The notes: generated by a model not told the origin, from the sequence alone. Positions 43,001 to 50,994 are shown, numbered from the stretch's first letter. The stretch is 64,000 nt of DNA from an uncultured archaeon (GCA_964354805.1 CAYHBD010000035.1:22829-86828), one strand, 5' to 3'. A program made the numbers and translations.

Positions 43001-44574
43001 TTTACTGCGATGCAACGCAATTCAGCATAATGGTGAACAAGAGGCTGCATGCGCTGGATGAATTCCTGGGGGCAAACACGCCATTGGAGTGCCCGCCGAA
43101 TCCAGCAATTGACGGCTTGGCGGAGATTGGGGCTGAATTCAATGATGCGCTTTTTGAACTTGGCTTAACGCCTTTTGTTCCGGCTGATACACTAAACTGC
43201 TGGCTGCCGAAATCAACAGCGTTATTCGATGGAAAACCAGCTCTGCTCTACTACATTGAAGCAAATATGGATGAAATCGAATGGACTGATGAAATTCCCG
43301 ATATTGATGCATTAAATAACATTTTGCACTTTAAAGCATACTTAATACGCGATGGCTACACCCCTGACATGCAGAGGGACTTTGCCGAATTCTATTCAAC
43401 CAAGAGCTTTTACGATCCCCCGGAATGGTTTGTCGGTCCTGTAGCAGAGAAATTAGCTGACTTTTTCAAGGATGACAATGCGCTAAGCTTCAGGACAAGA
43501 TATGCTGGAAGCAACCAGCTGCCTTCAGCCGGCTTGTATGATGTTTCGCTTGCAATAAATTTCTTTAACAACGAGTGGAGATTGTTTTCAGCCAACAGGC
43601 CGAGCGCGCAGGTTGTTGTTGACTTGTATCTGGCTGAAAACCCATTCCCTGATTCAATTTTCTATTACCTGCCGTTCAACGGAAACATAGGGAAAGACAG
43701 CAGCAATGGGCGCATTGGCTATGGCCTGAACTTTGAGAACAGGGAACAGAATGTGTTGATTTCCTCAATTCCCGGCGACACGATTGATAGCGGCAAAATA
43801 AGCGGAAGCAATACAGTAAGCACGCTTGAAACAGAGCTGCTCAGCGATATTAAGAAAATCAATGCAAGCCCAAGCACCAGGGGCATTTTGCTGAATGTTG
43901 CAGAGGGCGGAGTGTACGGGAAGAAAATGACGTTCAGCCCGAATTATGCAACGCCTGTTTTAATGCGCTTAAACCATGCAAAGGAGGAAAATCCTTTCAG
44001 CATATTTTACCAGCTGCAGGATGTTCTGACTCCTGTTGAAGCAGGCTCAAACCTTGCCTTTTGGAGCGGCGCCGGCCAGTGCCTGGATTTCAGCGGAGTG
44101 CCGGCATTTGAGTCATTTGATTTCAAGCCAGACAGGGAGGCAACAAACAGGGATGGCTTAACGAACTGGGAGTTTGCTTACGCAATCGACTGGCAGAAAG
44201 CGGATTATGGCGGCGATGTCTATCTGAAAACAGTTTTGTTCACCCCGATAAGCGGCGTCTTCAAAATAAAGGCACTGCAGCCAAGCAATCTGTTGTTCGT
44301 TTCACCGGACAGCCCTGCATCAGGAATGGTTGAACTTGGCGGAATAAGCGGAATGCAGCGCAACAACAGGGCAGCATTGGACAAAGCCAACAGCCTGCAG
44401 GACATTTTCGATTTGGTTGAAAGCAGGCAAGTGTGCGTTTCAAATTCAGGCACGAGGACGGCATTCTGGTGGAATCCGAAAGCGGTGAATGAAACAGCCG
44501 GCAGCAATGGAAGCATAGCGCAGATAGAGCAATCGCTGGTTGCAGGGCAGAATTGCATTGGGTATGGCAGTTAA
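37057..44574 (+). CDS. Giant membrane-anchored surface protein, paralog 4 (~2505 aa)
   Basis: MGLHDLYTAMEDKWY...VPSF plus a TM; shared scaffold (YRAWA, YCDATQFSI, SPNYATP, FWWNPKAV); coiled-coil insert flanked by hydrophobic helices. Confidence 0.9.
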   Translation: MGLHDLYTAMEDKWYGVLDKIDNHLPIYKIIDPIDKAVPSFVLFIAVIAIIAAFLILPMLAPVATQVRVTVLVANDEDNPLEGVTVDYTIEGTINSAKTNAEGKAQFNAPFESSVGISIPDTTIKGVEYAGATMEITLGKESTESKKITLTKKAAAIERTIIFQNSAGERITGETIRIRLSCQNPVAKLLKTDAIDEDKDGEIKVTEPADCRLLQATIIAPAKFKQKSYNISNSTQTLQLEELDIAKGAVRVKIKDESGNLLTETNFSVRLLETDGSLVNEKYSRNYGEAFFTEVKIGTYNASVSDDAGDYALATAEGIEVKVNETTQADVRVSKTIKAKITVQVIDKASKKAIANATVKLLNADDRVLDEKSTGSEAKSIVFSLSDTLTYTLQASHADYLYEEVKVEKAAADTAITIELEKLTALNSGRVEVKVVDEENKPVHKAKVKLRFLESGMLVPIEPVFTDTNGIAQFKGVKAGSYYAYAEKFPASGDNKTEGKEIDIRETTRFKIEMFIGKTMVTVKAVDEDSKQVPEAEAEFFAESGESLGKIALTDGTGKFELKADKRVFVIVSHSDYMPVQTMPQQLFPSQKIEFVAKMEPRLVLGDPKVQFEGVFDSAGKQVQMLKAGNKYIVKFKLSIPSSGNFRQAGLHFRVGDEQFSANDPLVINDIIAGGIDAPLRGTSFTPPAGYADDEQNLTEGDAKWANIFWNGLQPMNYYFGFEIRVKSQVMPYTKLSMHYRAWAIDESGDYIRAPADSALGSAESTAEKQALYAEKYTVQFLEGSPAKCEEDFCYSGESILDEDKGLFVIEPYQLNAGAPHKLTFDIINNSERQYSSAKLYITTVGLTIDSYKIKNADAREISAALLATKKIEEIDLGEFTKGKSINSIVHFNASAIGNASIEIKIIADARTVFLRTITAAVESEKQMHISIDPALIAAYIPNRVQISASEDIGGQTFGVDNALVRLTITHPNKVTQFFKNNTNGLGKAAFDLPALQPSTKIVIEVEKPGYYAAPLELFVDSNILRFDPNEIRSQLDTRGMKEQTFAVAVQNMTGMDVEIKNIALSGQFKGLLDQATMLNFTKQYIGTKIKAGTSITREMFKTKLSENAKQLLLRNEKLNGQFIITATNNERTITWDMIVPLQAAISIGELPDNAPCIVVSKQEWDSSTVENIATIEFEVQNSCMSGSNFVELDNLQAKMEWQGDAIGTVELTIIEAETGASNSAVLRPEIWTQLFKTIRPDSTYYAMLSFTPKQGHIGETAKFTVLIDGQIATGAGLTFVGAKPEAINSTIKVINLQQCIKYQDAENIVKMAGGQNDTKFTVDTSDCGNIAVSIELCRQNPNCAGGAEGGIMVTPLSFTLTKDNPSKEISVGRQSIPGMYGINVEAKVPGTSFREVNNIDILIEPAAKTDFSLEKYELNIKGIGAKDEAMLSNSALAEQIQVDASACDWGTAEEKGMFDLAGAGMGAAVAALMGAQTAIQEASKGAKGISNAKYTDMTGSLRQADAARNAADTANQKTEAAKNACGKANDAIEDADEGTNGAKTKSDGITLNCDTGGVKGALVSITTQTADAKNQSKETFVDRVGTSFKASSSIFGTSQSMFSNTFTSHTTAAAKGSGSVSSDPNASISQIDMAIANVDKAIADMQENIQLLTDMKSEAVDIKEILQAAEQKTGEAKPKSTTTQGNCNAHCRPPYDETCCSSVGPAGQTVIAINDAYPKIDTSIQKTAEAETAINDALGASTTALQQLQAARTELLLAKASMQRQALTMNAAEGTAGFDRGKFLGILGTYAALGAVAGGLMGGAFGDDPCDQRVTGTLMDYVMNLKTDALPVKMDKTGIAAQWQTDDAQVFGTYDKQQVGIEFTNMAIEEGRPVYATTTISATRHYHAVEKTVIKEGGSFAPFKVPDQRTETYVQKFHLKFNTKEVVEQIPPLPMEESCLMGTLIGATGEEALPKVKLNWSWSETSGIGLNECDYLNDDAVYCDATQFSIMVNKRLHALDEFLGANTPLECPPNPAIDGLAEIGAEFNDALFELGLTPFVPADTLNCWLPKSTALFDGKPALLYYIEANMDEIEWTDEIPDIDALNNILHFKAYLIRDGYTPDMQRDFAEFYSTKSFYDPPEWFVGPVAEKLADFFKDDNALSFRTRYAGSNQLPSAGLYDVSLAINFFNNEWRLFSANRPSAQVVVDLYLAENPFPDSIFYYLPFNGNIGKDSSNGRIGYGLNFENREQNVLISSIPGDTIDSGKISGSNTVSTLETELLSDIKKINASPSTRGILLNVAEGGVYGKKMTFSPNYATPVLMRLNHAKEENPFSIFYQLQDVLTPVEAGSNLAFWSGAGQCLDFSGVPAFESFDFKPDREATNRDGLTNWEFAYAIDWQKADYGGDVYLKTVLFTPISGVFKIKALQPSNLLFVSPDSPASGMVELGGISGMQRNNRAALDKANSLQDIFDLVESRQVCVSNSGTRTAFWWNPKAVNETAGSNGSIAQIEQSLVAGQNCIGYGS

Positions 44575-44614
44575 TTGAATAAAATTGATTTATTTGCAAT
44601 TTAGGCGCTTTTTC

Positions 44615-44682
44615 CAATCAAAACTAATTTATAGCAGAATAACTGCACAATGACATTTTTCAGGGCAATCAAAACTAATTTA
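44615..44682 (+). repeat. 17-bp direct repeat upstream of the small membrane protein cluster
   Basis: CAATCAAAACTAATTTA at 44615-44631 and 44666-44682. Confidence 0.8.
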
Positions 44683-44704
44683 AATTAGAAAAACTATTTT
44701 AATT

Positions 44705-45112
44705 ATGGTTTTTATGCTGCCTGACGCATTTCCTTTGCTGTTTGCCTTGTTTTCTTTCAGTGATTTTTTTTCGGACATGATGTTCGTTCTGCGGATTTTT
44801 GTCCTGCTTACAATAATCAGTTTCATTACAATGCATTTGGGCAAGGGTCCTCTTGCGATTGTTTTAATCGTCGGAATAAGCTGGTTTGTTTTGTTCGGCG
44901 CGTTCTGGTTTTTCGGCGGCGTGTATGTTTTGCTGATGCTGCTGATGTTCGGCGTGAGCGGGATTCTGATTGACTTCTTTTTCATCAAGGGGCCAGCAGG
45001 CGGCAACCAGCCAGATCAGCCTATAAGCCATGGAATTGATTTGCTGAAACAAAGGGGCGCCATGATGCATCAGAGGCGTCTGCCTCCGGGTGGCGGGGGC
45101 ATGCCTGGATAA
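44705..45112 (+). CDS. Small membrane protein (family A)
   Basis: Hydrophobic; motif 'SFITMHLGKGPLAIVLIVGISWF'. Confidence 0.75.
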   Translation: MVFMLPDAFPLLFALFSFSDFFSDMMFVLRIFVLLTIISFITMHLGKGPLAIVLIVGISWFVLFGAFWFFGGVYVLLMLLMFGVSGILIDFFFIKGPAGGNQPDQPISHGIDLLKQRGAMMHQRRLPPGGGGMPG

Positions 45113-45178
45113 GGCAAAGCAGGGGGTTAATATGTTTTTTCTCTCAATCAGCGCGGGAACAGCAAAAGGTGAAAAAAA

Positions 45179-45568
45179 ATGGGCACTATAATCAACCAGC
45201 AGGGCAGCGCAGGGAAAGGGCATTTGAAAGAACGCTACTTTCCAATTAACCAGCAGGGCAACATGTTTTTGTTCATTTTGATTGCATTCGTTGTGCTTGC
45301 TTTGATTCCGCCGGTTGTAATGGTGCTGTTTCCGGCAGCTGACATAATTATCAGGATAATCCTGGTTTTCCTTATTTTTTCAACTGTAAGGGGCATGTTG
45401 GGGGGCGGGATTCTCTCCCTGATAATAAGCGGCGTGCTGATTTACTTTTTGGTGATAAAGTGGGCTTATTTCACTGCATCAATGTATGTGTTCTTTTACT
45501 TCATCATGACTTTTGCTGTAACCAGCGTTGTAATCTGGGGAATTGGAATGAACCTGAGGAGGCAATGA
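45179..45568 (+). CDS. Small membrane protein (family A)
   Basis: 'STVRGMLGGGILSLIISGVLIYF'; N-terminal INQQG motif duplicated; exact start uncertain. Confidence 0.75.
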   Translation: MGTIINQQGSAGKGHLKERYFPINQQGNMFLFILIAFVVLALIPPVVMVLFPAADIIIRIILVFLIFSTVRGMLGGGILSLIISGVLIYFLVIKWAYFTASMYVFFYFIMTFAVTSVVIWGIGMNLRRQ

Positions 45569-45682
45569 GCCTTAGGATTAGGTGCAATTAAAACTGAAAC
45601 CGCAGGAATTGGAATGAACATAGGTGGCAATAAATCCCCGAATGGATTTGGTTTGCGATTTTAAAAAATCGCGGAATTTAAC

Positions 45683-45750
45683 CAAGAAACTTTTGGAAAA
45701 AGTTTCATCAAAAAAAGTGGCAATATATAAACTTTATATGCCACAAAAAA
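45683..45750. repeat. Two-hairpin intergenic element ('empty' version of 20685-20853)
   Basis: GAAACTTTT/GGA/AAAAGTTTC and GTGGCA...TGCCAC hairpins. Confidence 0.85.
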
Positions 45751-45813
45751 CTTGATAAATTAACAACAGCCTAAATGAGAAGGTTTAATAACAAAAAAGA
45801 GGAATAAATCTTT

Positions 45814-46089
45814 ATGGCGAGCGGAATGGAATTGCTTTTGCCTTTGCTGCAATTGAACGAGGCAACCTTGTACAATGACATCTGGACAGTTTTATCCCTT
45901 TTTTACCTTATCTGGATTTTTGGCTGGGCGAAAAAGGCTTTGGGCAGTGCAAAGCTGGCAATCCTCTTCGCAGTAATAGTTGTTTACCTGGCTTTCTTCC
46001 TGCACCCCGAGCTTGTGTGGATTCCGGTAATAATTTTCGTTTTCGCCGTATTCGGAAAAGGGGTTTTTGAAAAAATTGCTGTAAAATAA
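45814..46089 (+). CDS. Small membrane protein (family A)
   Basis: 'GWAKKALGSAKLAILFAVIVVYL'. Confidence 0.75.
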   Translation: MASGMELLLPLLQLNEATLYNDIWTVLSLFYLIWIFGWAKKALGSAKLAILFAVIVVYLAFFLHPELVWIPVIIFVFAVFGKGVFEKIAVK

Positions 46090-46221
46090 GCTGGTGACGG
46101 AAAAAAGTTTGGGCATCGAAGCTGTGGATTGCAAAAAAAATTAAGCAAAAGTTGTGAAAAAAAAGTTTGGGCTTGAAAAGGAAAAATTGGACTGAAAATT
46201 TAAACAAAAAGGTGACGCGCT

Positions 46222-46563
46222 TTGGACACTTTCACTTTCGCTATTTCACTTGTTTTAATGATGCTGGCAATCCAGTTTGAGCAAAACTGGCTGATTTTCG
46301 CAATAGTTACATTAATGGTCCTGACAATGCGCTCCGTTGGAACAACAGCGCTGCTGATAATTTCAACCATTGTTTTATTTGTTGCAAGGGATTACTTGAA
46401 GGAATACTGGCCATTTGTTTTATTCGGCTTGATAATCCTCGCTGTGCTGATTGGCGCAATCGGCAAAAAAGGGGAAGCAGAGCAGGCGCCGATGGATATG
46501 TACGGAGGGGGATTCGGCGGCGGCTTTGAAGGCGGCTTAGGCGGATTGCCAGGCGGGCTGTGA
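46222..46563 (+). CDS. Small membrane protein with Gly-rich tail
   Basis: TTG start after AGGTGA; about 4 short TM segments; tail YGGGFGGGFEGGLGGLPGGL. Confidence 0.8.
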   Translation: MDTFTFAISLVLMMLAIQFEQNWLIFAIVTLMVLTMRSVGTTALLIISTIVLFVARDYLKEYWPFVLFGLIILAVLIGAIGKKGEAEQAPMDMYGGGFGGGFEGGLGGLPGGL

Positions 46564-46653
46564 AATTTAATTTAAATAGTCTGGTTTTTGAAGGGGTTTT
46601 TGAAATTGAATTGCATTCTGCGTGCCCATATTAAATTGCAAGGTGGCGTATAA

Positions 46654-47025
46654 TTGAACTGGGAAATTTTCCTTTCGCTGATTGCTGCAACGCTTGCGTT
46701 CATTTTCCTAGACCAGCCGCTGCCGGCTGGCTTGTGCGCAATAGCTGCTTTCATTATTGCGCTTGCAAAAGTTGGAAAGAAAACAGCCAAGGCAGCGAAA
46801 GTAACCGGGCAGGTGTTTTCATCAGGAGTAAGAGAGGATGTAAGCAAGGCTGAAGGAGCTGCTGTAGATGCAGGCGTTTTCGTCCAGGGAGTGCAGAATG
46901 CAGGCGACCTCACAGCACAGCAATTGCACGCGAAAGACAAGCAGCGCTTCAAATACAAGGGCATTGGGGCAGTTGGGGAAGCATGCGGCAGGCTGATTGA
47001 CGGGTTCAAAAGGCTGTTCAAGTGA
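46654..47025 (+). CDS. Small membrane-anchored hypothetical protein
   Basis: Two N-terminal TM segments, then an amphipathic region. Confidence 0.7.
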   Translation: MNWEIFLSLIAATLAFIFLDQPLPAGLCAIAAFIIALAKVGKKTAKAAKVTGQVFSSGVREDVSKAEGAAVDAGVFVQGVQNAGDLTAQQLHAKDKQRFKYKGIGAVGEACGRLIDGFKRLFK

Positions 47026-47029
47026 GATT

Positions 47030-48838
47030 ATGACAAAAAGAAATTTGGCGGCATTTTTTATTTCTATTCTTTTTTTAGGGATAGCCTTAAGCGGATGCGT
47101 TCAAACACCAGTTTGCAATGACGGGTCGTGCCTTATAGGAGTAGAAGACGACCCAAACTCAACAGCATACTGCATAGCAGACTGCGGACCAAAACCAGGA
47201 AGCTTGGAGGTAACAGTAATCAGCAGCTTCATAGGAGGAACACGTCTTTCTGACGCTAAAGTAGTGGTTGAAGGCTACGATTCTAATTTCAGCGCAACAG
47301 AATATGCCAACAGCGATGGCATTGCATTATTTGAATCAGTGCCACCAGGGGCATACAAAATCACTGCATCAAAGGAAGGCTACCTGCTAAAGGATGCAAA
47401 CGCAGAAGTGACAGCAGGCCAAACAACAAGCATTAGAATAAAACTGCAATTTCATCCAGAAATAATAAAAAGTTGTAAAGAGAGTGGGGGCATTATTTGT
47501 GAAGATTATGAAGTTTGCAAGGGGGTTATTTTAAAAGCAAATGACACAAATAGGTGCTGTTTAGGAACTTGTACATTACCAGAATCATTTGATTGGAGAA
47601 ATAGGCATGGAGAGAATTGGATGACTCCTATTAGGGACCAAGGCAATGCAGGCAATTGTTTTATTTTTGGAAAAATAGGTTCATTTGAATCACAAATTAA
47701 TTTATATTTTAATCAGCATTTAAATGCAGACTTATCTGAGCAAATTCAGGCCGATTGTATTGAAGGAATACAACCGGGGTCTTTTTTATTTGCACCAGAA
47801 TGTACAAACTATGATTGTGTTCCGGCAAACAGATATTGTAATTTTATACATGCCGGAATTCCAGATGAGCAGTGCGATTCATATAATTCAAGATGGCCCA
47901 ATCCTAATAATTGTGATGAAAACCACATTTGTTCTAATTGGAAAAATAGAACTTGGAAAAATTCTGATTTTTATGATTATACTTATGGATTTTGGAATAA
48001 TAGTAAAGAATGTCCACAAACAATAGTAAACTTTTCTAACGATGATTTAAAAAAGATAATCATTGAAAAAGGGCCTCCATATGTCCGTGTCGATCCCTGG
48101 AGTCATGGGATGGTATTGACAGGGTATCTAAACAATAAAAGCGACTGGAAAACTATAAATTATTGCAATATTGGAAATGCTGAATTTTGTATTCCTTCTA
48201 AAGGATGTATCTCCAGAGTTTGTAATAATATCGGAGAAGAGATAAAAACATGCGTAAATGATTATCAATATTATTTTAGTGGAGAAGTAAATTCCGGTAT
48301 ATATACTTATAAATGTGAAAATCGATCCGACGAGGAAAATTATTTTGTCTTAAAAAATTCAATTTCTTGTTCAATCAACCAAATATGCATCAATAATGAA
48401 TGCGTCAATTCTGCAGGTTTTCAGCTAAAAGAAGGACAGATAGAATGTACTAAATACCATGCCGATTTTGACCAAGGTTTTTTTAATGGTTTGGTAAGAT
48501 ATTCTCCAAACGATGGTGATACAATTTGGGTTTTTAAAAATAGTTGGGGTGAAAATTATGGAGACGAGGGTTACATAAAGTTTGCATTACCTTCTGTAGC
48601 TATTAAAGAACTAAGCATAGCAATAGGGCCTTTTGTTCCCCCTTTAGACAAACAATTCTGGCCATCAGGATTTAATAACAAGATTAAATGTGTTGACAAA
48701 GATAATGATAATTTTTGTAATTGGGGAATAACCAAAGAAAAGCCTTCAACATGCCCTTCCAACTGCAAAAATGATAAAGACTGGGATGATTCAAATTCAA
48801 GTATTGGAGCACTAGGATTATACGAAGAGACAATATAA
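47030..48838 (+). CDS. Lipoprotein with carboxypeptidase-regulatory-like domain and papain-family (C1) cysteine peptidase
   Basis: Lipobox-like 'GIALSGC'; 'LPESFDWRN', 'PIRDQGNAGNCFIF' (oxyanion Gln, catalytic Cys), 'HGMVLTGY', 'WVFKNSWGENYGDEGY'. Confidence 0.88.
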   Translation: MTKRNLAAFFISILFLGIALSGCVQTPVCNDGSCLIGVEDDPNSTAYCIADCGPKPGSLEVTVISSFIGGTRLSDAKVVVEGYDSNFSATEYANSDGIALFESVPPGAYKITASKEGYLLKDANAEVTAGQTTSIRIKLQFHPEIIKSCKESGGIICEDYEVCKGVILKANDTNRCCLGTCTLPESFDWRNRHGENWMTPIRDQGNAGNCFIFGKIGSFESQINLYFNQHLNADLSEQIQADCIEGIQPGSFLFAPECTNYDCVPANRYCNFIHAGIPDEQCDSYNSRWPNPNNCDENHICSNWKNRTWKNSDFYDYTYGFWNNSKECPQTIVNFSNDDLKKIIIEKGPPYVRVDPWSHGMVLTGYLNNKSDWKTINYCNIGNAEFCIPSKGCISRVCNNIGEEIKTCVNDYQYYFSGEVNSGIYTYKCENRSDEENYFVLKNSISCSINQICINNECVNSAGFQLKEGQIECTKYHADFDQGFFNGLVRYSPNDGDTIWVFKNSWGENYGDEGYIKFALPSVAIKELSIAIGPFVPPLDKQFWPSGFNNKIKCVDKDNDNFCNWGITKEKPSTCPSNCKNDKDWDDSNSSIGALGLYEETI

Positions 48839-48862
48839 AATAACAAAGAACTTCAAAAGCCG

Positions 48863-49396
48863 TCAAATCTTTCCGAGAATTCCCCTGTCGGTTTCCAGTA
48901 TTTTTTCCATCACTGATTGCAGCGCCTTTGTCAATGCCTTTAAGTCGCTCACCTGTTTTTCCAATAAAGCCAGCTTTTGGTTTGTCACGGCAATCAATTC
49001 AACCAAATCCCTGTTGCTCGGCGACTCTGTAAGGCCGTGGATTTTTCCAAGGCTTTCCTCAACGCCGCCAATCTTTTCACCCAGCTCATCCAGCTTTGCA
49101 GCATGGCCCTCCATTGCTGCATGCGTTGTTGTATGCATTGCTTCCTGGGCTGCATGCTGCTGGGCAAGCTGCTCCCTCAAATCAGGCCTTGTTACAGAAT
49201 ACGCTGACCCTGCTTCTTCCTCTGCTTCCTCACTTTCAGCAGCAGGTCTTGCGCCTGATTTCGCGGCAGCCATTGCTTCCCTTATTTCTTTTTCTCCCAA
49301 TCCAATGTCTGCAAGCGTTTGCCTTACAACACTGTCCTCTATGCCGCTTTCATACATTTTGCGGATTGTTTGCAGAACAACTGCCTTGTCAACCAT
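48863..49396 (-). CDS. Hypothetical coiled-coil protein
   Basis: Small helical N-terminal domain plus heptad-rich C-terminus. Confidence 0.75.
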   Translation of the reverse strand: MVDKAVVLQTIRKMYESGIEDSVVRQTLADIGLGEKEIREAMAAAKSGARPAAESEEAEEEAGSAYSVTRPDLREQLAQQHAAQEAMHTTTHAAMEGHAAKLDELGEKIGGVEESLGKIHGLTESPSNRDLVELIAVTNQKLALLEKQVSDLKALTKALQSVMEKILETDRGILGKI

Positions 49397-49500
49397 AAAA
49401 AAACGCCTAAATAGGGCAATTGAAAGTTTTATATTTTACTTATAATATATTTATAGTTATTTAAATAGCTGCCGTATTAAATTTACTGGGATTTTTCCAT

Positions 49501-50994
49501 ATGGAATTAAGATTGCGTTCCGGTCCTTGGACAACTGTTTTCAAGGGCAATTTTTTGGGCCATGAAATGGAACTGCTGCGCAACCCCGAGGGCGTGCTAT
49601 TGGTTGCGATTTTTGAAAAAGAGGCGGGCATTACATCGGGAGTCCTGCTGCAGGCATTCAATGTATTTAATGCAATCGGCGAAGTGCAGGGATTTGTTGA
49701 AAATCTGAGCAATGAGGCAATTGTACTGTCAAGGCATGATGGAAAAAACAGCGTGCACTTTTTGCTTGCGGGCTCAAAGCCTGAATACAGCAGAATGAAC
49801 GAGGAAAAGCTTGCGGCAACAGTTGACGAATTGATGCACCAAGCAAGGCAGAGAAGCAAAATGCTTTCAGACATAAGCAAGGCATACGAATTGCAGCTGG
49901 CGCCGTTGCAGGCGTGCGATGAAAGCATCAGGCAATTGTTCTTCAGCCAGCCTTTCATTATACCGGCTTTTTTCAAGGAAGAGAAAAAAACAGCGGAGGA
50001 AAGGGCGGCATCAGTGCCAAGCGGAGCCTCAATGCTTGTCGGAATGACAAAAGAAGAAAAGCAGATAAAAGAGCCCCTGCATTTTTTCAAAACAACAGTT
50101 GTGGAAGGCAGTACAGAAAAGGAAAGGCTGCACTTCATCCATTTGCTGATTGAAAGCGCTTTGATCGGAAATGTTGCGGCAATTGTTTTTGACAGGCGAT
50201 ACTATTTCAGCGGATTGCAGAAGCCGAACAGGGACAGCGCTTTATTGCAGCGATTCAAAGTGGATATTGAGCCAATCGGTTTCCCGGTCAAAAACTTCAA
50301 GGCAGCACAGGATTTGAAGGCAAACCTTGCAAGCATTGACATGGCTGCGGTACTGCAATCATTCGGATGCAGCGCTGTAACCTGCCAGCTGGTGCAAAAC
50401 GCCGCAAGCGGAAAACAAATTGAAAGCCAAGCGCAATTAATCGAAGCAGTGAATGCAACAAGCGGGGAACAAACCTATTTGTTTGAAATAAACAGGGCAA
50501 ACAGGATAATAAAATTAATTGACTCAATTTACCCAGGCTTGTTCAACGGCAGCAATGACCTGCAGGAAATCGCAAAAGGCTGGACGCACATTGGCAGGGC
50601 AAGCATTGTTCAAACAACAGAACTGGACAAAAGAGCTGAAGCGATTCTGGTTAACGGCCTGTTGAACGAGCTGCTTGCTTTCTTTAAGCAAAAAGGTGAA
50701 ACAAAAGCAATGAGGTGCATTGTTGTTCTGCCTGAAGCTGAAAAGATTTTCCCGAGAAAACAAAACCCGCTGAGCAAAAACTCGCTGAATGCGCTGAAGC
50801 AATTGCCGCAATTCGGTGTCGGCTTTGCAGTAACAGCGGAAAAAACCCTTGACCTTGATAATGAACTGCTTAACTTGGCTGATGCCATGGTGACAATAGT
50901 TAAAGAAAACGATGCAGCAATCCAGCTGAAAGGCCAAAAAGGCTACAGGGCACTGCTCAGGCCTGGATTGAGCGAATGCAGCGAAACAGAGTAA
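49501..50994 (+). CDS. Degenerate HerA/FtsK/VirB4-like P-loop protein
   Basis: 'TTVVEGSTEKERLHFIHLLIES...AAIVFD' at the Walker A position, 'CIVVLPEAEKIF' at the Walker B position, 'LPQFGVGFAVTAEKTLDLD' at the RKFG..TQ position. Confidence 0.65.
   Translation: MELRLRSGPWTTVFKGNFLGHEMELLRNPEGVLLVAIFEKEAGITSGVLLQAFNVFNAIGEVQGFVENLSNEAIVLSRHDGKNSVHFLLAGSKPEYSRMNEEKLAATVDELMHQARQRSKMLSDISKAYELQLAPLQACDESIRQLFFSQPFIIPAFFKEEKKTAEERAASVPSGASMLVGMTKEEKQIKEPLHFFKTTVVEGSTEKERLHFIHLLIESALIGNVAAIVFDRRYYFSGLQKPNRDSALLQRFKVDIEPIGFPVKNFKAAQDLKANLASIDMAAVLQSFGCSAVTCQLVQNAASGKQIESQAQLIEAVNATSGEQTYLFEINRANRIIKLIDSIYPGLFNGSNDLQEIAKGWTHIGRASIVQTTELDKRAEAILVNGLLNELLAFFKQKGETKAMRCIVVLPEAEKIFPRKQNPLSKNSLNALKQLPQFGVGFAVTAEKTLDLDNELLNLADAMVTIVKENDAAIQLKGQKGYRALLRPGLSECSETE

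Noticed and set aside
10169-44574. Numerous long antisense ORFs (e.g. 17065..18129, 26601..27608, 40791..42005)
   Set aside because: Shadow ORFs opposite the giant genes, with no recognisable motifs.
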